Of a stretch of 64,000 nt of DNA, positions 24,474 to 34,800 are shown one piece after another. Under the pieces are notes generated by a model. It did not search any database. It was not told the origin of the DNA and saw only the letters and a program-made list of their open reading frames with translations. Every line of letters starts with the position of its first letter. Position 1 is the first letter of the stretch. Made by a program: the position numbers and the translations under genes. This DNA comes from Eutreptiella sp. 'Long Island Sound 2002' (taxonomy: Eukaryota; Protista; Euglenida). The stretch is taken from the NCBI GenBank assembly GCA_964036045.1, contig OZ038379.1:76136001-76200000 (forward strand), written 5' to 3'.

Positions 24474-25206
24474 TATGCATATCGCCGTCAATCCTAGACC
24501 CTTGAGTGGGCCACAAATTCTACATAATATGCCCCGGTAAGTGGTTGGCCAGGAGTGGTGTCCATACCCCCCCCCCCCCCAGGGGGGGGTGACCGTCACT
24601 CGGCGACGGCTCCCCCTGGGGGGAACCGTCTTCGGGGGGGGGGGGGGGGGCAGGTAAGTGTGTGGCCAAATTTACAGAAGAGTGTTCTTGTAGTGTATGC
24701 ACCGTGAAGCATGTGGTTTTTGTTTGCACACGTTTTCTTGAGCTTGATTTCGTTTCTAGTGCCAAGTTCCAGTTTTATCATGTTATACTATGTCATATTG
24801 GCCGGGTCCCAGTTAATTGGTGACCACACAGAGTACTTTGTGCTTTGTGGACTTGGCGGCATCCCATCGTTAAGTCGCCATGGGGTGCTGTACGGAGCCG
24901 GCAAGTGTACATATTGCAAAATATTTTTTTGAGAAAATTTACACCCACTAACAGCATTAAAAAAATTACACACGCTGACACTTTTTAAAAAAAAAATCCT
25001 TTTTTTTTAAATTGCATGCCCCAACAGGGAAAAAAAATTACGCGCTGACAGTTGAAAAAAAAAAATTACACGCGCTGACAGCAAAAAAAAATATGGGACA
25101 TGGCGATGCCTTTTGTTTTTCACTTTCAGCATCCCCGCCAACATTCCTCCAAACCTCTCCTCAGCCCAACTCCTCCTCCGCTTCCCCTCTTCACTACCTT
25201 CTCTAG

Positions 25207-25520
25207 GCTTCGGAAAGAAGGCCAAGGCCGAAGAGAAGCAGCCCAAGCCAGGACAACGCAAGCGCCTGGTGATGGAGCTGACGCGGGCCAACCTAGCAAC
25301 CCCAGATGCGGCCAACCGCCTCACGTTCGTGAAGGCCAGTCTGGCACAGGAGCAGACGCAGTTCAGCACGGCTAAGAAGGGGGCAAGGCCTTACTGGGGT
25401 GAGACCTTTGAGTTCAATGTCACAGACGAGGCCAGTCAAACCCTTGACCTCAGCCTTATGGACGACAGTGGTGTGCTGGCCATGTACCGCCTCCGCCTTG
25501 AGGGGCTCGTGGCCGATCAG
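25207..25520 (+). CDS. Multi-C2/PEGA protein, first visible exon (C2 domain A, N-part); the 5' end is uncertain
   Basis: Pyrimidine tract plus ctag acceptor at 25203-25206 (alternative ttcag at 25125-25129). Translation RLVMELTRANL...FVKASL...PYWGETFEFNV...LDLSLMDD is a C2 fold. Donor CAG/GTTGTT at 25521, phase 0. Confidence 0.75.
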
Positions 25521-26109
25521 GTTGTTTGCATTGGATGGCGGTGTAGGCCTCCAGACTTGTGACTGGTGCCCACCATGTCAGACCTGATCACATGGAGCTG
25601 GGTCCTACTTACTGTTGCAGGGTGTTTGAAGAAGGCACAGATATGTGCACCGATTGCGGCTAGTTCCCACAGAGTCCTGAGTATGACGGCGGTCGACAGA
25701 ACGGTATTGATTTTGGCTGATCCAGCTCCAATGCTATAGCCCTATAGGGACCAGAATGGAGGACACCATGAAGAGGGACCTGTTGATGGGCCTGCCAACC
25801 TTTGCACCCCCGCCCCCCCCAAAAAAACCATTCGCTCCAGGGTACTGGCGAGGCGCTGATGAGGTATTTTTGAAATCACCACGAAGAGAGGTTGTTAGAT
25901 CAAGCGCAGGCACGGACCCGTACGGCCCCCTTTTTGGGGGTCGTTCGCGTAGCATACCCGAAGGCATGATATCGGATGTCTGACCCCCTGTCAAAGCATT
26001 ATTTTGCCTTAATAAACGATCCCCCAATGATTTTTCTTTTATTTTGAGGCCTCTATCCCCCTGAAACTGAATGTCGCATTTTGGAGGGGGGGGGGGGCGG
26101 GGGTCAAAA

Positions 26110-26256
26110 GTTTGTGCTTAGAAGGATTTGAACCAGGGTCGGGTGAAAAGGAACAATCGGTTGGTCTACCCGCACCAGCAGTGGCCGGCCAGGAATCGAA
26201 CCGACGATTTTTGAGGCGTTAGGCAAATGTTCTACCACTCGATCGCCGATTGCTCC
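26110..26256 (-). mobile_element. tRNA-derived (Val-AAC-like) SINE-like unit with a second tRNA-like B box
   Basis: The minus strand reads GAGTGGTAGAACATTTGCCTAACGCCTCAAAAATCGTCGGTTCGATTCC (A box, anticodon arm, B box), then ...GGGTAGA...CCTGGTTCAAATCC. The acceptor stem is broken, so this is not a functional tRNA. Confidence 0.65.
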
Positions 26257-26324
26257 GGTGTTAATGGGGTTCCCCACTGTTCGTAGATGTAGTCCGCGAC
26301 TGAAAAAAAGCCAAACTTTGTGAT

Positions 26325-26410
26325 TCTGCCTGCCTGTCTGCCTGCCTGCTCGCCCGACCGACTGCCTGACTGCCTGCTTGCCTGACTGACTGACTGATTG
26401 GCTGACTGTC
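26325..26410. repeat. (CTGC/CTGA)n microsatellite
   Basis: Read directly. Confidence 0.9.
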
Positions 26411-26853
26411 AGCCTCTCTTCGAGGTGCCTTGCCGAAGGCAATGGAATTTTTGATGAAAATTCTCAAGGCGGCGAGATCCATCCTCCATCCTCCAAGGAT
26501 CCAGAGCCAGGGGTATCAGCACGAGGACGAGGCATGGTGAATGGCAGCGTGATGTCCCTGTTTCCTTGGTCATTTGGGATGGTAGACAGCCTCTGCACGT
26601 TGCTGCTGTATTGATGGTAACCTCAGAATTCGGAGCCCTTGCCATGGTATTGCAAGGTAACCAGAATGCGGATGTGGGTGCCAATGCATTGTGGCCCTCC
26701 CCTTTGGACCCAATCTGTGGGTGTCAGGCATTGCGGCAGATGGAACCAATGCAGGACACCAAAGGGGAGCACTAAACGAGAGAAGGGTGAGGCACTTGGG
26801 GTCACAGCGAGACCGTAAGGCTGTGACACCCCACCCACCCTGTGTGTCCACAG

Positions 26854-27996
26854 CGGCGTGCGCTGAAGCTGGACCTCTTCAAGAAGAACGCGAAGGGACA
26901 GTGGCAGGTCCCGGACACACCGGACAAGCTGGTGGTGACACTGAAGGCGGAGGGCTTCGGTATTACCACGGAGGCCGGTTGTGTACCATCCCGGGCCAGT
27001 GACAGTGGCTCTGATACTGAGGGTGGCCGATCCGTCCCAGTGGACTCACGTGAGGTGGGCATCGCGGGGGTCCTGCTACGACCTACCGGGCAGGTCCGCG
27101 TTGATACCGAGTTTGACGGGGTCCTGTATGACGACTCGTACCGGGACGACATGGGGCGCGTGCCCGGGGCCCATGGTTTCATCCCCCCGGGCCCCAACAA
27201 CACGCGGCCACTGGATGCGGGCTGCTACGATGACCTGTATGTGGACTGCAACGGCCGCCGCGCTGGTGAGCGCGGGTTCTGCCCGCCACTCATGGGTGTG
27301 CCCAACGCGAAGCGCCGGGAGACAAAGGCTGCAGGGCTGCCAAACGGGTACGATGAGGATTACCGCGATGCACAGCGCCGCGCCTCTGGGGACCCGGGCT
27401 TCCTGCCACCGTGCTACACAGACCTATACAAGGATGCCAATGGCCGGTCTGTAGGCATGCACAATTTCATGCCGCCCTCGCGGCAGGGCCGGCTGTCACA
27501 GCCACTGGACTATGGGTGCTACACCGACGAGTACCAGGACGCCAATTTCCGAAAACCTGGCGAGCCGGGGTTCATCCCGCCGTTAGAGGCCCGCCTCGGC
27601 AAAACGGCCGCTGACATGCAGGCGCAGATGATGCAGGGGTACGACAGTTATTACCGTGATGTCAACGGCCTGGGTCCCAGTGCCCGTGGGTTCATCCCGC
27701 CGCACACCCGAAAGCAGGCACCCTCGGTGGTGCCTCGGCCGCTTCGAGAGGCCCAGGCGACAGGGGAGGTGGAGAAGCCCCGGCTGCAGATCCAGCTGAC
27801 GAGTGTCACAAACCTGCACTCCACCTCTGAGGGTGCCCCCAATGCTTACGTGAAGTTTGCAGTGGGGGCGCAGAAGGCACGTAGCCATGTGGTGCCCAAC
27901 ACCTACAACCCGCAGTTTGAGGAGCATTTCGAGCTGCCTGTGGCTGACCCAAACACGCAGCCACTGTTTATCTCAGTTTGGGATGATGCCACCCAG
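26854..27996 (+). CDS. Multi-C2/PEGA protein exon 2 (end of C2A, six Tyr/Gly/Pro repeats, start of C2B)
   Basis: Acceptor ccacag/CGG and donor CAG/GTACAC, both phase 0. LQIQLTSVTNL...NAYVKFAVG...TYNPQFEEHF...LFISVWDD is a C2 domain. Confidence 0.85.
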
Positions 27997-27997
27997 G

Positions 27998-28168
27998 TAC
28001 ACTACACCACCCACACCACCTGGCACCACTCCACTCCACTTCACACCACACCGCACCACACCCCACACCACACCCCACACCACACTACAACACACCTGAC
28101 ATTACACCACGCCATGCCATGCCATGCCAGGCCGCACACCGCACTGCACTGCACTGCACTGCACTGCC
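27998..28168. repeat. Pentamer microsatellite series (CACCA)n-(GCCAT)n-(GCACT)n immediately after the exon 2 donor
   Basis: Read directly. Confidence 0.9.
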
Positions 28169-29420
28169 GTACCAGCAATTGGACCCGGCCCTGATGCTGA
28201 CACGCTGAAGGTGTGCCTGCTGGAGCCCAACAGGAGGGTGTCTGGGGTCGGGCACAGACTCTGCGTGAGTGTGCAGATGTGCAGTGCATTTTTTTCCCCC
28301 TTGTGTATTTTTGAACACCTCACGGGACTAAAACCCCCTGGGCAGTTTGAAGGTCGGAGCAATGCACCTGGGCCGCATACCAAAATGTTCAAAGGTGCCC
28401 ACCATTAGCGTGTGCCGATGTCTGGCGGGGGGTGGTTCTGCGTGTGCCAACGTATGGTGGGAAGATGTGCCCGTGTGTGCCGACGTGTCGTTTGCCGCAC
28501 ACTAAGGTATAGCCTGGTCGGGCACGGTTCAGCAATCAGGGACCCTGTAATGGGGGGGGGGGGGGGGCTTTACAAATCGCCACGGCACTCTCAGTTCGCG
28601 CATGCCGGGAGGGCTGTGCGGGTTTGGACGCTTGGATGGCCCAGCGCCAGGAGGTGGAACACATGGTGTGGAAAGGAGGCGGTGGAGATCTAGGGGTAGC
28701 TGTGGGCATAAACATGCCATGTAGTGCTGTGTAGGCGCTGGATCGACCAAACGCCACAAACTCGTCAAATCACCTGGGGGGGGTCCGGAACCAAAGTAGA
28801 GCTGTAGTACCAACGTCACCCCTAACCCCAATTTGGCGGTGGGCCAGGCGGGCACCATGGGGTTGGTCGCGCAGCCGGAGCAGCCGCAGCAGTGTCACAT
28901 CCCCTCCTCTTCCTCCGCCTCCTCCTCCACACCGCAGCACATCACATCACATCACATCCGCAACACCACACCACACCACACCTGCAGGGGTGGGCCCAAC
29001 TCAGACAACATCGGGAGGTCCCCACCTCGGGGTGGGGACCTCCCAGGAGGGGGAGGCCGTGACCCTGCTGCTTTGCGTGCCTCACCCCGAAGGCTTTGAT
29101 CAACATTGTGGTCACGCCTTAGCAGTAGATCACCGCAAGCAACGTGCTAGTGGGCGCCACCACGAGGGGAGAACGACTGTTTGCTTTGCAAATTTGGGTT
29201 TCATGTCATGCATATTTTATTTCATGGTTCAGACTTGTTTTTAATATTTGCCCACTGATAGCTGCCCCCCACTGATGTGCAGGAGTGGCGGTAGGAGCAA
29301 GCGGCAATCACTGCCCGGGTGCAGTACGAGCACCGTTGGGGGGCCTAACTACGGGCGGGGCCCAGGTCCGTCTCTCAACTGGTTTACGATTAACAAGCAG
29401 TGACACCTGGCGGCCCATCA

Positions 29421-29799
29421 GAGGGTCTGTAGTAAAACCTAGTAAAATCACCTCGATTTTTTTTGAAAGAAAATTTTTTTTTACTAGGCAACAATTTACT
29501 ACGTTCACTAGTTTTTGCTAGGTTTCGGAACCTGTAAAAAAAAGGTTTTTGTTTTCACTAGGTTTCAGAACCTCGCGAAAATTTTTTTTTGCTAGGTCAC
29601 TATGTAGCCACCTTACCCACTTGTGGGCCACCTCTGATTCTGCCCCCCGCTCTGAAGCGGTGGGGACCCACCAGGTAGCAGGGGTTATGTAGCCACCTTG
29701 CCCACTTGTGGGCCACTTCTGATTCTGCCCCCCGCTCTGAAGCGGTGGGGACCCCCCAGGTAGCAGGGGTTATGTAGCCACCTTGCCCACTTGTGGGCC
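29421..29799 (+). repeat. ACTAGG palindromic module followed by about 2.3 copies of the 85-bp hairpin satellite
   Basis: Same composite arrangement as 53720-54869. Confidence 0.85.
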
Positions 29800-30092
29800 T
29801 CGGTATATTGTAGTGTGTAGTGTGTAGTGTGTAGTGTGTAGTGTATAGTGTGTAGTGTGAGGGGGTTCAGTTTACCACACAGCATGGCATGGCATCGCAT
29901 CAGATTACATTCTTCCTCCCTTCTCATGAAATGTTGTCTGATGGATGGAATGAATGGAATGAATCCAATGGCATGGGTTTGTATGGCATGCCGTGTGTTG
30001 CGTTGCGTTGCGCGTTGCGTTTCATTACGTTATGTCGTCTGGTTTCACGCCTGTACAAGTTTGTATTTGATCCTTATGCCTGTACGTTCCAG

Positions 30093-30506
30093 GAGCCGCT
30101 GGGCTGGTTCACACTGAAGCTAGAGAATCTGCGGCGGAACCAAGAGATGGACATTGCGCTGCCACTGGCGCACAAGAATGACAAAGGGCAGTGGGAGGAG
30201 ATTGTGCCGCGGTCCAGCGTCGTGCTGATTGCAAAGGCGTGTGGGTTTGGGCTGAGTGATTCTCCTCTGGCCGAGGTTGCCGCCGATTCCGCAACGGACA
30301 CGGTGCACGGGCCTGCAGTGCCGCCGGTGAACCTGCAGGTCACGCTGTTGGATGCACGTGGTCTCATTACGGACGCCCAACGGCCGCTGCGCGACCCGTA
30401 TGTGGTGGTGGTTGTTGGGGACCAGCGGCGCACAAGCTCATGCTTCCTCCAGACCACGAATGCCGTATGGAACGAGACGTTCGGCTACGCTGTGTTGGAC
30501 CCGCAA
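30093..30506 (+). CDS. Multi-C2/PEGA protein exon 3 (end of C2B, start of C2C)
   Basis: Acceptor ttccag/GAG. SVWDDATQ joins to EPLGWFTLKLENL and completes the C2 domain, then LQVTLLDARGL...DPYVVV...TTNAVWNETF. Donor CAA/GTGCGT, phase 0. Confidence 0.85.
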
Positions 30507-30639
30507 GTGCGTTTTGTGTTGCAATGCATTCTGCAGTTTTGCTGATGTGGGAAGGGGTGTTTTTGTGTGATCAAAAGACGTGACTGCACAGAGACAGAAG
30601 GTTTGCCGAAAAAATCAAAATTCCATTGCCTTCGGTAAG

Positions 30640-31100
30640 TCTACTCACAGAGAATCTGCCCCGAGCAATACACCTCCCAATGGGTATCGCCCAAAAACCA
30701 CGATTTTTCAACCGACCCATGCCGGCCTGAAAAAATTCCTCACCGGTGGGGCCCCATAAGGCTTTCAATCTGACCTTTAGATAGCCCCCCCCCCCCCCCC
30801 CGCGCCCGTAGTTGCTGGTTAGGGGGTCAATATAGAAGAACAAAGTGGAATGGGACCAGGGTCTGAAACGATGCGCAGTGGCGGCTATCATGGCGAACCA
30901 CTTTTTGCCCATTGTAGTGGAAACAAGCCCAAAACGACGCTTTTGGGGGCCAATACGCCCCATGAAGAGGGCTCAATTGGTGCTGCATGGCTCCCCATGG
31001 GTTCATAGTTTAATGCAATTTTCACCAAATGGTCATCAAACAATGAAACCCACTTTTTGTTGGGGGCGGGTGGGGTCGTCAATAAACGTCAAAAAAATTA
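30640..31100. repeat. Dispersed repeat family member (cf. 5980-6600 and 39290-39790)
   Basis: Shared blocks gcagtggcggctatc, ttttgcccattgtagtg, acaagcccaaaacgacg and caattggtgctgcatggc. Confidence 0.7.
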
Positions 31101-31125
31101 CCCCCCCCCCCTATGGGGGCCGAAA

Positions 31126-31630
31126 CAGGGTTTTGCTTAGTGTCCGTCCTACCCCATGGGGGGGGGTGGGTCTGGCAGAATTTCAGGGTGGGTGGGTGTC
31201 CAACCAGCCCCCCCCCCCCCCCGGGGTGGGGTGGGACTTTGTGGGGGCCCTTGGGTCTATCGAGCCAGTGCCACTTCTTTCCTTCTTCTGTTGCAGGTTC
31301 TATGTATCATGTTTATTTATGGTGTGTTTACATGGCATTGCATATCACGTGTGCATGCCCCACGCCCATAAAGGGGCTAGGATGCACTGTCATTTGTGTC
31401 AAATGCGAAGGGTGTCTGCCCCACACCCGTAAACTTGGTCTTCTGTATTGCATGTCTCAGTTGGGTACGTGGGTGGGTGGGTGGGTGGGTGGGTGGGTGG
31501 GTGGGTGGGTGTCAGACCCCCCCCCCCCCCGGGGGGGGTGGGACATTTGTGGTCTGTGGGTATGCCAAAATTCTGGGTGGGTGGGTCCCGGAATTAACCC
31601 CCCCCCCCCGGGTGGGTAAGCAAAACCCTG
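31126..31630. mobile_element. hAT-superfamily MITE: 14-bp perfect TIRs and an 8-bp TSD
   Basis: CAGGGTTTTGCTTA (31126-31139) ... TAAGCAAAACCCTG (31617-31630). GGCCGAAA is duplicated at 31118-31125 and 31631-31638. CAGGG termini with an 8-bp TSD are hAT hallmarks. Confidence 0.92.
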
Positions 31631-31848
31631 GGCCGAAATCACGAATATGTTGTGACAGTGTACACATACTAGGATACAAAAAGATTATAGTTGCAGCCCC
31701 TACCATTGCCCAGGGCCAGTCATGGCCCGTGTGAATCACGCAAAATGTCCTGTGTTGGGTGAAAACTGCCATTATTCTAGCGACGCTTGACGGTGCAAAG
31801 GGCCGTTGTTGCTTGATCATTTGGTGAAAATGAAAGTACGTATAAAGT

Positions 31849-31887
31849 ACTTTCTAAGTGTCTATTTTTTTCGTTGCTATTTTTTCG
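31849..31887 (+). other. Genomic copy of the euglenid spliced leader plus a tandem relic leader
   Basis: ACTTTCTAAGTGTCTATTTTTTTCG (31849-31873) versus the Euglena SL as recalled, ACTTTCTGAGTGTCTATTTTTTTTCG: one substitution and one T fewer. CTATTTTTTCG follows at 31877-31887, then ATG at 31891. Confidence 0.8.
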
Positions 31888-31890
31888 TAC

Positions 31891-34800
31891 ATGGAAAACC
31901 CCACTGTGGGGCTGAATGGAGTGCCGCAGTACCCGGAAGTGCCGGTGAGATACCCGGTCGTCCCGGCTGGCACACCTGCCACTGCGGAATCGACTAATTT
32001 GACTCCGATGAAGACCGAATCCTCGCCATCAACAGCTGATGCCGCGGACGGAGTACTGGTGCCGACAACTGCAACTGATGGCGATCCCGGTGTTCCCGGC
32101 AGTGTTGCGCGTGCGCCTGGTATCACTGGTGCTCCTGGCGCTCTTGGCCTGGATGCCGCAGATGGAGTACTGGCGCCGACAACCGCAACTGGTGGCGATC
32201 CTAGTGTTCTTGGCAGTGTTGCGGGCGAGCTTGGCATCACTGGCGCTCCTTGGCGTAATGGGCGCTCCTGGTATTGCCCACATGGCAGACAACTCCGTCA
32301 CCAGCAGCAGATTCCCCAGTGTGGCAGGCAGCCTCGTAACGAGGAACAACATCCCCACAGGCACTAACGTTGTTTCCACGGCGTACGATGGTGTTGCGTC
32401 AGAGCCACCTGTGCAGGTTGTTGTTCCAACCACCATGGACACCACCCCCAATTCAAAAGCACAGAAGTATCAATCAGTCAATTGTTCATATGCAACGAGC
32501 CATGTTGCCTATGCCCTTTCGGACGCGGCTTTCATCTATCCTATCACTCCGAGTTCTGCCATGGGCGAGTTTGGAGACGTTTGGATGGCCCAAGGCCGCA
32601 AGAAAGGGTTCAATGAGGTTTTTGACGTGCGTGGGATGCAGTCTGAAGCTGGTGCCATTGGTGTGTTGCACAGAGCGTTGGCTGTTGGTGCGTTGGCCAC
32701 GATGTTGACAGCCTCTCAGAGCTTGTTGTTGATGATTCTGAATATGTGCAAGATCGCAGAACTGTTACCTTCTGTTATTCATGTCTCCGCTGGTGACGTA
32801 GCAGACCAAGCGCTCTGCATTTTCAGTGGTCACTCGGACGTTATGGCCGTTCGTTAGACTGGTTGGGCGATGCTGAGTTTGCACGCCGTGCAACAGGCTC
32901 AGACATGGCCCTGATCGCCCACATCGCCACCGTGAATTTTGAACGTTTCTTTTGTTCCCTTCTTCGACGGGTTCCCAACCAGCCATGAAGTGAACAAGAT
33001 CAAACTCATGCCTGCTGCAGAAATGAAGAAGCTTATCTCTTTAGGCTCGGTTGAGCGGCATTGGAGCCGCGCGCCGAACCCAGCCCACCCTACGCCTGGC
33101 ATCGTTTTTCAGTGCGCTCAGCGTATAAATGTCTTCTATGACAGCCTTGTAGAAATTGTTCAGGAGACCATTGATGAACCTGCACCTCACTTGGGACGTC
33201 ATTACAAGATCTGGAGTACATTGGTGATGCTGATGCCGAGGACGTCGTTGTCATTATGGGTTGTGGTTCCACGGCGACTTCCGAGGCAGTTGACCATCTT
33301 CGAGCACAAGGCTACAAAGTGGGAGCACTGATGGTGCACTTGTACCGCCTGTGGTCTGCGGATTTGTTCGAGAAGGCTTTGCCGAAATCCGTGAAGCGCA
33401 TTGCCGTGATGGGTCGGTGCAAAGAGGTCACTGCTATGGGTGAACCGCTGTACGTGGACGTTCTGGCATTGGTCGGACGTGTCCACCGTGACGTGAAAAT
33501 CATCGGCGGAAAGTATGGTCTGGGTTCCAAGGAATTCACTCTCGAGCAAGCACTTGCTATTTACGATTACCTGGTGGACCCAGGGTCAAAACACAGGTGC
33601 ACAGTCGGGATCAACGATGACGTAAACATGACCTCTATCCCGTATTGGGGTCAGGCCCCTGGGGACACAGTGCCCAAGGGCACTCGCCAGTGCTTTTTAT
33701 GGGGTTTTGGGATCTGACAGAACTGTTGGGGGTAACCTCTCCGCTGTGGAGATCATCAGTGACATCAGTGACCCGATGGTGCAGGCTCAGGCAGCAACAA
33801 CGGCGGAGGCCCCTGCCACTCCAGGTTCCTGTCCGTCCATGGGTGGCTTCGCATCCCCCAGCTTGGCAGGCACTCCGTATGCGGGAACAATGACCGTCTC
33901 GGGCAGCAGCGATACGGGAGCAACGACGATCGCAGGTACCACGTTCAGCGGTTTGACTGGAGCAACCGTCCCGGACAGCAGCGTTATTACAATGACACCC
34001 ATTCCGGGCACATTCGGAGGTTTGTCTAGAATGACCATCTTGGGCAGCAGCGTTGTTGGAACGACACCCATCGCATGCACATTCAGCGGTTTGTCTGGAA
34101 CAAGCATCAACGGGACGCCCATCTCGTGCACCACTATTGGCGGAACGACGATTGGAGGCTCCCATCGTGGGCAGTCAAACATCTCGGGGATGCCCCTCTC
34201 TGGCATTTTCAATTGTCTCAGCACCCTTTGATTTACAGGGGGGCGTCGGTGGCCTTGGCGGTTGCACGCCAGGCCTCGGCAGTACGTACAGCAGCGTGAC
34301 CGGGACGAGCATCCCTGTTGTTTCTAGTCCGGCACTGCCTGGTTTCAGCTCGTCAGCTGTAGCTCCTGGCACCAACACATGGATCAATGGAGTCCCACAA
34401 TTTCCCGTCTACTGGGCACAGTTTTTTGCTTTTGTGTGCTCATATCTGAATTGGCTGGTGACTCTTACAAGGCGGGTTCTCCGAGCATGCTAGGGGGGGG
34501 TTCCAGCTGGATCATACGCGGCTAGCGGTATTTCCCACGCCACAACAGGGTTGCTGGGCGCGACAGCGGGCGTGTCAAGCATGTTGGACACCCCTGGTGC
34601 TGGGGATGGTGCGGGAGATGTTACCAGCGTTTCCACCCCCAAAGATCTGCCTTCGTCTCACCCTGATCGCTTCTCCATGGGCACCACCTCCAGTGAGAAC
34701 CAGTTGGTTTCCCGACTCACCGGGGGGGAAATGTCTTACAGTGGGGTAGACGGATCCATCATCAATACTAACACTGGTTGGGAGAAAGCCGTTGATCAGC

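Noticed and set aside
24530-24660. Upstream exon of the C2 gene (GTAAGT donors at ~24536 and ~24654)
   Set aside because: The donors sit in G/C-run repeat sequence with no credible ORF or acceptor ahead of them.
26183-26256. Functional tRNA gene
   Set aside because: The acceptor and anticodon stems do not pair properly; recorded as tRNA-derived instead.
31849-31990. SL-RNA gene
   Set aside because: No GT donor or SL intron follows the exon-like 25-mer; a relic leader and an ATG follow instead.
32039-33717. Functional or bacterial PFOR gene (contamination or HGT)
   Set aside because: It has an in-frame stop and several frameshifts, lacks most of the enzyme, resembles Euglena-type PNO including the N-terminal segment, and follows an SL copy.
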